DNA of 64,000 nucleotides from a virus: IMG/VR virus record IMGVR_UViG_3300048834_001178, positions 13,033 to 77,032 of that record; one strand, 5' to 3'. Shown piece by piece: positions 56,215 to 64,000 of this stretch (position 1 is its first letter; each line of letters starts with the position of its first letter). The notes under the pieces were generated by a model. It saw only the letters and a program-made list of their open reading frames with translations, ran no database searches and was not told where the DNA came from. The position numbers and the translations under genes were made by a program.

Positions 56215-56266
56215 CCCTCCGACCGGTTAGGTGGAGGTGAACCCCTTTCCCAAGGAGGAATGCCCC

Positions 56267-56566
56267 GTGCACAAGTACATGTACCGATTCGCCTTCACGA
56301 CCCCGGCCGACATGGCCGAGATCGAGAAGACCCTGCTCATGGCCGTCCTCGCGGTCTCGTGCCTGCACGGACCGGCGGCGGTCCGGCTTGACGCCGGGTA
56401 TGCCGTTGACCACGACAGGCGACTGCTCCTCGTAGACGCCAGCACACCCGTCGGGCGAGATGTCACCCGCGTCTTTGCGGGCTTGTGCGTCCATGAGTAC
56501 GGCGATACCTCGTTCCGAGTGGAGGCCGTTCTTCCGCTCGACCCGGCCCAGTCAGGCGCTGCCTGA
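56267..56566 (+). CDS. Conserved hypothetical phage protein; homolog of 1608-1940
   Basis: AAVRLDAGYA, VTRVF, HEYGD; AAGGAGG RBS. Confidence 0.75.
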   Translation: MHKYMYRFAFTTPADMAEIEKTLLMAVLAVSCLHGPAAVRLDAGYAVDHDRRLLLVDASTPVGRDVTRVFAGLCVHEYGDTSFRVEAVLPLDPAQSGAA

Positions 56567-56587
56567 GCCGCTGATGGAGTCTCTTCC

Positions 56588-57043
56588 ATGGCGACGCTGA
56601 GCGGATTCGCCGCGAGCAACGTGGTGCCCAGCGCCCGGTTCGGTCCCATCCCCGCGGGCACCTACCCCGGTGTGGTGATCGAGTCGGGCATGAGGCCGAC
56701 CAAGAGGGGCAATGGCAGGTACCTCGAGGTCACGATCGAGGTGATCGAGGGTGCGTACAAGGGCCGCCGCGTCTGGGATCGCATGACGATCGAGCATCCC
56801 AACCGGGCGGCTGTGCAGTTCGCGATGGGGAAGCTGAACGCTCTCTGCCGCGCGGTGGGCGTCGTTCGACCGGGCGACTCGTCGGAAGTTCACAACATCC
56901 CGCTCGACGTGAGGATCGGACTCGAGAAGCGATCCGACACCGGCGAGATGGCCAACGTGGTGCAGGCGTACGCGAAGCGGGGTGATGCCGCTTCGAAAGG
57001 GACCGACGCAGCCAAGGGGAGCAAGCCGCTGTGGAAACGCTGA
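56588..57043 (+). CDS. DUF669 family SSB-like protein
   Basis: Homolog of 2923-3393 (PIPAGTY, YKGRRVW, HNIPL, PLWKR). Confidence 0.85.
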   Translation: MATLSGFAASNVVPSARFGPIPAGTYPGVVIESGMRPTKRGNGRYLEVTIEVIEGAYKGRRVWDRMTIEHPNRAAVQFAMGKLNALCRAVGVVRPGDSSEVHNIPLDVRIGLEKRSDTGEMANVVQAYAKRGDAASKGTDAAKGSKPLWKR

Positions 57044-58821
57044 GCGTCCATCACCAGACGGAGGGGATCGGCGGCGGGCTCGGGGGAGCCCTCGTCGCTC
57101 CCTCGCGGCTCGCCGCGGAGACGGGGCCGCTCTCGCTACGCCCGTACCAGCGCGACGCCGTCGATGCCGTGTACGCGCACTTCGAGGATCGGCCCCCCAG
57201 CGACAGCCCGTGCGTCGTGATCCCGACGGGCGGCGGCAAGACCCTGATCATCGCCACCATCGCGAAGGATGTCGCCAAGCGATGGGATGGTCGCGTGCTG
57301 GCGCTGGCGAACGTGAAGGAACTTCTGGAGCAGAACGCCGAGAAGATCCGGAAGATGGCCCCCGACATCCCCGTGGGCATCTACTCGGCGGGCTTGGGTC
57401 GGCGCGAACTCAGCCACCCCATCACTGTCGCGGGGATCCAGTCGATCTGGAAGCGAGCAGGCGAAGTGGGACCGGTGGACCTCATCATCGTGGATGAGGC
57501 CCACATGGTGTCGGACGCCGATGCCGGTATGTACAGGTCGTTCCTCGCCGACGCCCGGCTCGTGAACCCGAATGTGCGGTTGCTGGGCCTGACCGCGACG
57601 CCCTATCGCTACAAGTCGGGTCCGATCTGCACGCCGGACAACATCTTCAACACCATCTGCTACGAGATCAGCGTCCGCGATCTGATCGATCTCGGGTTCC
57701 TTGCGGCGCTCCGCTCCAAGGCGGGGTCGATGGAGATCGACACCAGCGGCCTGCACATCCGGGGTGGCGAGTTCGTCCAGAGCGAGGCCCAAGCCCTTAT
57801 GGACGAGGCCAATCGCGTCGAGACTGCCTGCGCGGAGGTCATCGAGCTGACCCACGACCGGGTGTCGGTGCTGATCTTCGCGTGCGGGGTGGAGCACGGC
57901 CAGCATGTGGTTGATGTGCTCCAGCGGAGGCACGGCGTCGAGTGCGGGTTCATCTCGGCCGAGACGCCCTCCGGTGAGCGGTCCGCGCTCATCGGCCGCT
58001 TCAAGGCGGCGCGGCTCAAGTTCCTGTGCAATGTTAACGTGCTGACCACGGGGTTTGACGCTCCCAACGTGGACTGCGTGGCGATGCTGAGGCCCACCGC
58101 CTCGACGGGGCTCTATTACCAGATGGTCGGGCGTGGCTTCCGGCCCCATCCGGGCAAGAGCGACTGCCTGGTGCTGGACTTCGCCGGGAACATCGCGCGG
58201 CATGGCCCGGTGGACGCCGTCGTGCCCCAGGAGTGCGAATTGGAACTCGGAAGCGGCCCGACCAAGGAGTGCCCCCGCTGCCGGGCGAAGGTGGTGTGTG
58301 GATTCATGGTCTGTCCCGAGTGCGGCCACGAGTTCCCTGAACTCAGTTTCTGCAAGACGCACAGCCACACCGCGGGCACCGAGGGCATCCTCAGCGGGCA
58401 GGTGAGCCGCGAGGTTGTCCTAGTGACAAAGGTCTCCTACTACGCGCACCGCAAACGCGACGATGCGTCATCGCCGCCGACCATGCGGGTGGAGTACCGC
58501 TTCGGCCCCTCGGACGTGATCAAGGAGTGGGTCTGCTTCGAGCACCATGGGTACGCACGCGCCAAGGCCGAAGCGTGGTGGAGGCATCGATCTCAAGAGC
58601 GCCTGCCGCAGACGGTCAAGGAGGCGGTGGAGCGGGCCCGGGCGGGAGAACTGGCCGCGCCTCTCGAGATCCTGATCGAGCGGACCGCCGGGCAGGCGTT
58701 CCCGACCATCGTGCCGCGCCGGATGGGCGAGCGCCCCACGCCACTGGAGCGCGACGAGGTCGCGTGCGAACCCGCGCTGGCCGCCGTGATGACGGGTCCC
58801 CGCGAGGAGGTGCCTTTCTGA
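57031..58821 (+). CDS. SF2 DEAD/DEAH helicase with Zn fingers (start uncertain)
   Basis: LRPYQ, PTGGGKT, VDEAH, LTATP, QMVGRG; homolog of 5438-7165. Confidence 0.9.
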   Translation: METLSVHHQTEGIGGGLGGALVAPSRLAAETGPLSLRPYQRDAVDAVYAHFEDRPPSDSPCVVIPTGGGKTLIIATIAKDVAKRWDGRVLALANVKELLEQNAEKIRKMAPDIPVGIYSAGLGRRELSHPITVAGIQSIWKRAGEVGPVDLIIVDEAHMVSDADAGMYRSFLADARLVNPNVRLLGLTATPYRYKSGPICTPDNIFNTICYEISVRDLIDLGFLAALRSKAGSMEIDTSGLHIRGGEFVQSEAQALMDEANRVETACAEVIELTHDRVSVLIFACGVEHGQHVVDVLQRRHGVECGFISAETPSGERSALIGRFKAARLKFLCNVNVLTTGFDAPNVDCVAMLRPTASTGLYYQMVGRGFRPHPGKSDCLVLDFAGNIARHGPVDAVVPQECELELGSGPTKECPRCRAKVVCGFMVCPECGHEFPELSFCKTHSHTAGTEGILSGQVSREVVLVTKVSYYAHRKRDDASSPPTMRVEYRFGPSDVIKEWVCFEHHGYARAKAEAWWRHRSQERLPQTVKEAVERARAGELAAPLEILIERTAGQAFPTIVPRRMGERPTPLERDEVACEPALAAVMTGPREEVPF

Positions 58822-61061
58822 TGTCCGATTCCTCCGCCAACCCTCCCTCGGTGCTGGACGCGGCGCGGTCTTATCTGGCCCGCAACCTCATGCCGGTACC
58901 GATCCCGGCTCGTTTGAAGGGGCCGATCGAGAAGGGCTGGCCGAGTTGGCGGTTTACCGACGCGGACCTGCCCTTGCACTTCGGGGGCGAAGCCAACATC
59001 GGCATCCTGCTGGGGGAGCCCAGCGGGCACCTTGTCGATGTGGATCTGGACTGTCCCGAGGCGATCGAGTGGGCCTCGGCGCTCCTCCCCCCCACCGCCG
59101 TCGTCACCGGCCGCGCGGCCAAGCCGGGTTCTCATTGGTGGTACCGCTGCCCTGAGATCGAAACCAAGCAGTTCCGCGACCCGGAGACCAGCAAGATGAT
59201 GGTCGAGCTGCGTGGCACCGGCGTGCAGACGGTCGTCGGCCCGAGCGTCCATCCCGACGGCGATGTTTACGACATGCTCGAAGGGGAGCCAGCGACAGTT
59301 GAGCGGGACGTGCTCGAAGCAGGGGTCCGAGCGTTGGTCAGGAAGATCCTTGAACTCAGGGGGCATGATCCGGACCACTTCGACCGGCCCACGCTCGTCG
59401 CTCCTCCACGCGTTCTCGCGCCCTGTAATCAGTCTGCGGACGTCATCCAACGCCGCGCCCTCGCGTACCTCGACATGATCCCCGGCGCGGTCTCTGGATG
59501 TGGCGGGCATAAGCAGACCTTCTTGGCTGCCATTGCGATGGTCCATGGGTTCGGGCTGGATCCAGAGGTGGCGCTGGCCATCCTGCTGGAGCGTTACAAC
59601 CCGCGCTGTGAGCCGCCGTGGACCGAGCGGGAGCTCCGACACAAGGTTGAGGACGCCGCGACCAAGCCGCATCCCATGCCCTTCGGGTGGCTTCGTGACG
59701 CCCGCCCGGAGCGCGACGGAGTCATCGATGACTCGGCATTCATGGGAACCCAGGGGCCGGGGACGGAGGACGCCATGAGCACCATCGCCGACGAGGCGCC
59801 CCAGGACGAGGCTGACCTCCACCCAGACCCCCACCCGGATCCCGGTCCGATCCCGGATCGGCTGCTTTCCGTGCCGGGGTTCATCGGTGACGTGATCGCG
59901 TTCAACCTCGCGACCGCGACCCGTCCCCAGCCCCCCCTCGCGCTTGCCGGGGCGATCTCGCTGATGGCGAGTCTGGCCGGGCGGAAGATCAGGGATGAGC
60001 GCGGCAATCGCACCAACCTCTACCTCGTCGGCGTGGCCCCGTCGGGCGCTGGGAAGGACCACGCGCGCAAGGTCAACAAGGCGATCCTTGCGGGGGCGGA
60101 CATGCTGGAACTGGCGGGGAGCGAGGATGTGGCGTCGGACGCCGGGTTAATGTCCGCGATCGTGCAGCAGCCCGCGCTCCTCCTCCAGATGGACGAGTTC
60201 GGGCGGTTCCTGCGGACGACAGGCGATGCGAGGAAGTCCCCCCACCTCCACGCCGTCATCACCCTGCTCATGCGGCTGTTCTCGTCGGCAGACGGCGTGG
60301 TGAAGAGCAAGGCGTACGCCGACGACCGCCGCAACCAGACCGTCGATCAGCCGTGCGTGGTCCTCTACGGCACCACGGTGCCGGAGAACTTCTACGCGTC
60401 GCTGACCGCTGAGAGCATGCGAGACGGTTTCATGGCGCGGCTGCTGGTCTTCGAGACAGGGCGTCTCTCTGATCGTGTAAGGGCGGGCGCGGCGGAGGTC
60501 CCGGGGGCGATCTTGGAGGTGGCTCGCTGGTGGGGAGCGTTCAAGCCGGGCGGCAACCTCGCGGGCAAGCACCCAGAGCCCCTTGTGGTCAAGACCACGC
60601 AAGAGGCCCACGAGGTCTTCGACGCGTTCGCCAACCAGATCGACGCCGAGATGCGGCGCGGCGATGGCGAGGAGTCGTCGCTGTGGGCACGCACCGAAGA
60701 GAAGGCGTGCCGGTTAGCGCTGATCTATGCGTGTTCGGCCAATCGGGACGAGCCGGTGATCGACGAGGGGGCCGCCCGATGGGCGTGCGAACTGTCGGAG
60801 CACCTGACGAGACGCATGCTGCACCTCGCCAGCCGCTGGGTCTCAGAGGGGCAGTTCGATGCGAATGTGAAGCGTGTGGTGCGAATCCTGACCGACGCGG
60901 GCGGCTCCATGTCGGCCTCGATACTCAGCCGCAAGGCGCAATGGATGAACGGCCGCGAGCGTCGGGACGTGATCGATCACTTGGTCGAGGCCGATCAGCT
61001 CACGGTCAGCGTGGAGAAAGGAGTTACCAAGCCGAGGACGGTGCTTGCCCTCAAGGGGTGA
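58821..61061 (+). CDS. Bifunctional primase/polymerase with DUF3987-like C-terminus
   Basis: NIGILLGEPSGHLVDVDLD, SHWWY, APSGAGKD, QMDEFG; homolog of 7165-9402. Confidence 0.88.
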   Translation: MSDSSANPPSVLDAARSYLARNLMPVPIPARLKGPIEKGWPSWRFTDADLPLHFGGEANIGILLGEPSGHLVDVDLDCPEAIEWASALLPPTAVVTGRAAKPGSHWWYRCPEIETKQFRDPETSKMMVELRGTGVQTVVGPSVHPDGDVYDMLEGEPATVERDVLEAGVRALVRKILELRGHDPDHFDRPTLVAPPRVLAPCNQSADVIQRRALAYLDMIPGAVSGCGGHKQTFLAAIAMVHGFGLDPEVALAILLERYNPRCEPPWTERELRHKVEDAATKPHPMPFGWLRDARPERDGVIDDSAFMGTQGPGTEDAMSTIADEAPQDEADLHPDPHPDPGPIPDRLLSVPGFIGDVIAFNLATATRPQPPLALAGAISLMASLAGRKIRDERGNRTNLYLVGVAPSGAGKDHARKVNKAILAGADMLELAGSEDVASDAGLMSAIVQQPALLLQMDEFGRFLRTTGDARKSPHLHAVITLLMRLFSSADGVVKSKAYADDRRNQTVDQPCVVLYGTTVPENFYASLTAESMRDGFMARLLVFETGRLSDRVRAGAAEVPGAILEVARWWGAFKPGGNLAGKHPEPLVVKTTQEAHEVFDAFANQIDAEMRRGDGEESSLWARTEEKACRLALIYACSANRDEPVIDEGAARWACELSEHLTRRMLHLASRWVSEGQFDANVKRVVRILTDAGGSMSASILSRKAQWMNGRERRDVIDHLVEADQLTVSVEKGVTKPRTVLALKG

Positions 61062-61069
61062 TGGAGATT

Positions 61070-61146
61070 GTTCAATCATTCAAGTCTGTTCTTGGCGCAA
61101 GGAGAGGGAAGGTACGGGCACGGAGAGCTGGTCTGAAAGATTGAAC
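61070..61146. repeat. Inverted repeat GTTCAATCATTCA / TGAAAGATTGAAC after PrimPol (origin-like)
   Basis: 12/13 match; same position as the element 1 iteron-like repeats. Confidence 0.45.
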
Positions 61147-61224
61147 TATCTCTCTTTCTTCTACCTCTCTCTCCAAGAGCAAGACACACACGGCCGACTC
61201 AGGTCGGCCAGGAAGGGGCTCGCG

Positions 61225-62595
61225 ATGACAACTGTGGCGACAACTGGCATGACGATCGAGATGCGGGGGTTGGACGAGATCCGGCCCTACGAGCAGAACC
61301 CGCGCGACAACGACAGCGCGGTCGATGCGGTGGCGCGGTCGATCAGGGAATACGGCTTCCGCCAGCCGATCGTGGTCGATGGCGACGGCGTCATCGTGGT
61401 CGGGCATACGCGCTGGAAGGCCGCCAAGCATCTCGGGCTGGAGAAGGTCCCGGTCCACGTGGCGAATCTGACGCCCGAGCAGGCCAAGGCGTACCGACTG
61501 GCGGACAACCGCACCGCCATGATCGCGGAGTGGAACGACGACCTGCTGGCGATCGAACTGGGCGAGCTCAAGGCGCTGGACATCGATCTCGGGGGCCTTG
61601 GCTTCTCGGATGTCGAGATCTCGAAGTTGCTGGAGCCGGGGCTTGAGGTCGGCGCGACGGATCCGGACGATGTGCCCGCGCCGCCCGACGAGGCGATCAC
61701 GAAGCCGGGCGATCTCTGGATCCTCGGGAACCATCGGCTGCTGTGTGGTGACTCGGGAAGCGTTGAGGATGTGGATCGCCTGCTCGATGGCGAAGTGATC
61801 CATGTGGCGAACTGTGACTGCCCCTACAACGTGAAGGTCGAGCCGCGCTCGAACAACGCCATCGCGGCGGGTCTCTCTTCGTTCCAAGCGGCGCAGCCAA
61901 AGGGGCGCAAGGGGCCCGCAGAAGGGGGGCAGACGCACCACCAGAAGTTCGATGTCGAGCGCCATCCCGAGAAGGCCAAGGGCACCACCAAGCAGATGCG
62001 CGCCAAGGACAGGCCGCTGGCCAACGACTTCGTCACCGACGAGGCGTTCGACCAGATGCTGGACGCGTGGTTCGGGAACATCGCGCGTGTGCTCATCCCG
62101 GGCGGCGGGTTCTACATTTGGGGCGGCTACGCGAACCTCGGCAACTACCCGCCCTTCCTGAAGAAGCACGGGCTCTACTTCTCGCAGGGGATCGTGTGGG
62201 ACAAACTGCATCCGGTTCTGACGCGGAAAGACTTCATGGGCGCGTTCGAGTTGGCCTTCTACGGGTGGAAGGAGGGCGCGGCGCACCGCTACTTCGGACC
62301 CAACAACGAGACCGACCTCTGGCATGTGAAGAAGGTGCCGCCGCAGCAGATGACCCATTTGACCCAAAAGCCCGTCGAACTGGCCAAGCGCGCGATCGAG
62401 TACTCCTCGCAGCCGGGCGAGCATGTGTTGGATCTCTTTGGGGGATCCGGTTCCACCCTGATCGCGGCCGAGCAGACGGGCCGCAAGGCGTTCCTGATGG
62501 AACTCGACGCGCCCTACTGCGATGTCATCGTGCAGCGATGGGAAAACTTCACGGGGAAGAAGGCCGAGCGCATTCAGGCGGGAGGCAAGGTGTGA
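61225..62595 (+). CDS. ParB-N fused N4/N6 DNA methyltransferase (variant catalytic motif DCPY)
   Basis: Homolog of 9955-11331; VGHTRWKAA, NCDCPYN, HLTQKPVEL, LDLFGGSGST. Confidence 0.88.
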   Translation: MTTVATTGMTIEMRGLDEIRPYEQNPRDNDSAVDAVARSIREYGFRQPIVVDGDGVIVVGHTRWKAAKHLGLEKVPVHVANLTPEQAKAYRLADNRTAMIAEWNDDLLAIELGELKALDIDLGGLGFSDVEISKLLEPGLEVGATDPDDVPAPPDEAITKPGDLWILGNHRLLCGDSGSVEDVDRLLDGEVIHVANCDCPYNVKVEPRSNNAIAAGLSSFQAAQPKGRKGPAEGGQTHHQKFDVERHPEKAKGTTKQMRAKDRPLANDFVTDEAFDQMLDAWFGNIARVLIPGGGFYIWGGYANLGNYPPFLKKHGLYFSQGIVWDKLHPVLTRKDFMGAFELAFYGWKEGAAHRYFGPNNETDLWHVKKVPPQQMTHLTQKPVELAKRAIEYSSQPGEHVLDLFGGSGSTLIAAEQTGRKAFLMELDAPYCDVIVQRWENFTGKKAERIQAGGKV

Positions 62596-63266
62596 GCGAC
62601 TCGCTTACGCATCGTGCGACGGTGCGCCGTCCCGCACTCGGGGCAGACGGCGTGGTTCTCGCGCGGGTAGGCGCAACGGGGGCAGAGGCCCTTGCGGCTG
62701 CGCAGCCATGCTCGAAAAGAACGTGCGGAAGCGACAGCAAACCAAGCCACGCCCGCGTAGAAAGGAGTGTTGATAAGCCAGCCTCTCAAGAGCGGACGAA
62801 GGGGGAAGATCAGCGGGACGTAGGCGTCCAACGATTCCATAGCCCGCTCGTAGCCGAGATACTCTGGCTCCCACTTGAGCCCCCACTGGAAGTCTCGGTC
62901 CAACTCGGTGTTGGTCCATGTGCAGAGTGTCAAGCACGGCCATCCCGAAGCGATCACCGCGGGGAAAGTGTGCTGACTATCACGCTTCAAAATACCATTG
63001 GGCCACCACGGAGCCTGGTCTGCGGGCAATGTTGCCTTCTCTTCGGGAGTCCATGTATCAGTGAATGGACCGTAAGAGATGAGCACTTCGTGGCCCGACA
63101 TCCGCCAACGATGGAGCATGGCGTCCTCGTGAGGCCGAGGGTTTTGGATAAGGACCAAAGGAAGGGTGACGTAGCCGTGCATCAGTACGATGCCCCACGC
63201 CACGGCAGCGTTCAGGATTGCCCCGAGAAACAAGTACGTCAGGATGACTCGGACGCGTCGCTTCAC
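62574..63266 (-). CDS. Membrane protein with C-terminal Zn ribbon (moron-like insert)
   Basis: Two hydrophobic segments; CPRCAY..CPECG; more A/T-rich than its flanks; absent from element 1. Confidence 0.7.
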   Translation of the reverse strand: MKRRVRVILTYLFLGAILNAAVAWGIVLMHGYVTLPLVLIQNPRPHEDAMLHRWRMSGHEVLISYGPFTDTWTPEEKATLPADQAPWWPNGILKRDSQHTFPAVIASGWPCLTLCTWTNTELDRDFQWGLKWEPEYLGYERAMESLDAYVPLIFPLRPLLRGWLINTPFYAGVAWFAVASARSFRAWLRSRKGLCPRCAYPRENHAVCPECGTAHRRTMRKRVAHTLPPA

Positions 63267-63296
63267 GTCGCCAGCATATCACCCTCGCCGGAGAAA

Positions 63297-63320
63297 CACC
63301 CCCGCGAGGTGCCGGGGGTG
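63297..63320 (-). terminator. Intrinsic terminator of the element 2 leftward cassette
   Basis: CACCCCCG/CGGGGGTG stem followed on the minus strand by TTTCT. Confidence 0.5.
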
Positions 63321-63356
63321 GATGTGGACTTGGGGTTGAGTGGGCGGGGCCGCCGC

Positions 63357-63623
63357 TCAGTCGGGTTCGATCACGGGCAGGGCCCCGTCGCGATCGCTGT
63401 CCCAGTCCATCTGGTACTCGGCGATCTGCTCGAGGTCGCGCTCGGTGAGGTACCCAGCGGCCTTGGTCCCTTGGCAGGTGGCGACAGCGCGGGCGAGGAC
63501 TACCCACTCCTCCACCGTCTCCATCTGGTCGATGCGGGCGGCCAGCAGCGCGAGCGCTGCATCAAGGACCGCGTCGCGGGGGTCGAACTCGCAGGTGCCA
63601 AGGTCGGGTGCAAGCGTCGTCAT
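63357..63623 (-). CDS. Small acidic hypothetical protein; homolog of 11340-11597
   Basis: Shared motifs and synteny. Confidence 0.8.
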   Translation of the reverse strand: MTTLAPDLGTCEFDPRDAVLDAALALLAARIDQMETVEEWVVLARAVATCQGTKAAGYLTERDLEQIAEYQMDWDSDRDGALPVIEPD

Positions 63624-63626
63624 GGC

Positions 63627-64000
63627 TCACGCCCCCTTCCCGCTGGTGCTGTTGGCTGCACTCGCGAACATCCCGCGATCGACCTTCTGGAAGCGGGCGT
63701 CTGTGCCCTTGGCGGCGATCTCGCGCGTGATCGCGGCGTAGAGCGTCGCCTCGGGGGTCTTGCCGCCGGGGCTGGTCCAGAGACCTTGAGCGTGCATCAC
63801 CTCGATCATGTCGATGGCGCGCAGGGGGCGATCGGACTCGGCGAGGACCTTGGCCGCGGCATCGAGGGCAGACAGGCGCTTGGACTTGGCCACCTTGGGC
63901 TTGGAGTGCTTCGCGGGCTTGGCCTTGGCGTCCTTCGCACCCTTGGCCCCACGTTCCACCGTGGGCGATTCCTTGGCGGCGGGGGCGTTCCTGCTCGCCT
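63627..64000 (-). CDS. HARE-HTH domain protein, 5' end beyond the window
   Basis: [29 protein letters not shown]; homolog of 11601-12146. Confidence 0.8.
   Translation of the reverse strand, partial: ASRNAPAAKESPTVERGAKGAKDAKAKPAKHSKPKVAKSKRLSALDAAAKVLAESDRPLRAIDMIEVMHAQGLWTSPGGKTPEATLYAAITREIAAKGTDARFQKVDRGMFASAANSTSGKGA

Larger units (their letters stand above)
50356..64000 (+). mobile_element. Prophage-like element 2 (serine recombinase, early/replication genes), continues past window end
   Basis: DUF2924 and recombinase, then homologs of nine element 1 genes in the same order. Confidence 0.85.

Overview
High-GC bacterial window, probably Planctomycetota/Phycisphaerae (inferred from protein styles, not verified). 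It holds two related prophage-like elements in tandem with an ~18 kb defence island between them. Element 1 (<1-31900) is a siphovirus-like prophage. In order it carries: a sigma-like regulator; a replication/recombination block (AAA_24 ATPase, DUF669 SSB, RusA, two ParB-like proteins, SF2 helicase, PrimPol); a ParB-DNA methylase; a small leftward cassette; a GpA-like terminase, lambda-type portal and protease-capsid fusion; and tail genes with a tape measure. Where tail fibre/lysis genes would be expected there is instead a SAM methyltransferase, a MAF/MptE-like transferase, a Ser/Gly-rich Hint-domain protein and two GT32 glycosyltransferases. The island (32056-50211, visibly lower GC) carries an amino-MTase with an McrB/McrC(DUF2357)-like pair, a convergent Druantia-like operon with an extra NERD-helicase, and a NucS-like/EVE nuclease. 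Element 2 (~50356->64000) starts with DUF2924 and a large serine recombinase and repeats the early/replication genes in reduced form. Comparing the two copies reveals conserved non-coding signals: a covarying multi-helix RNA switch over the sigma-gene start, paired operators, a 20-bp promoter-like repeat and iteron-like repeats after PrimPol. No rRNA, tRNA, CRISPR array or reverse transcriptase was recognised. Family calls come from motif recognition by eye; no searches were run.
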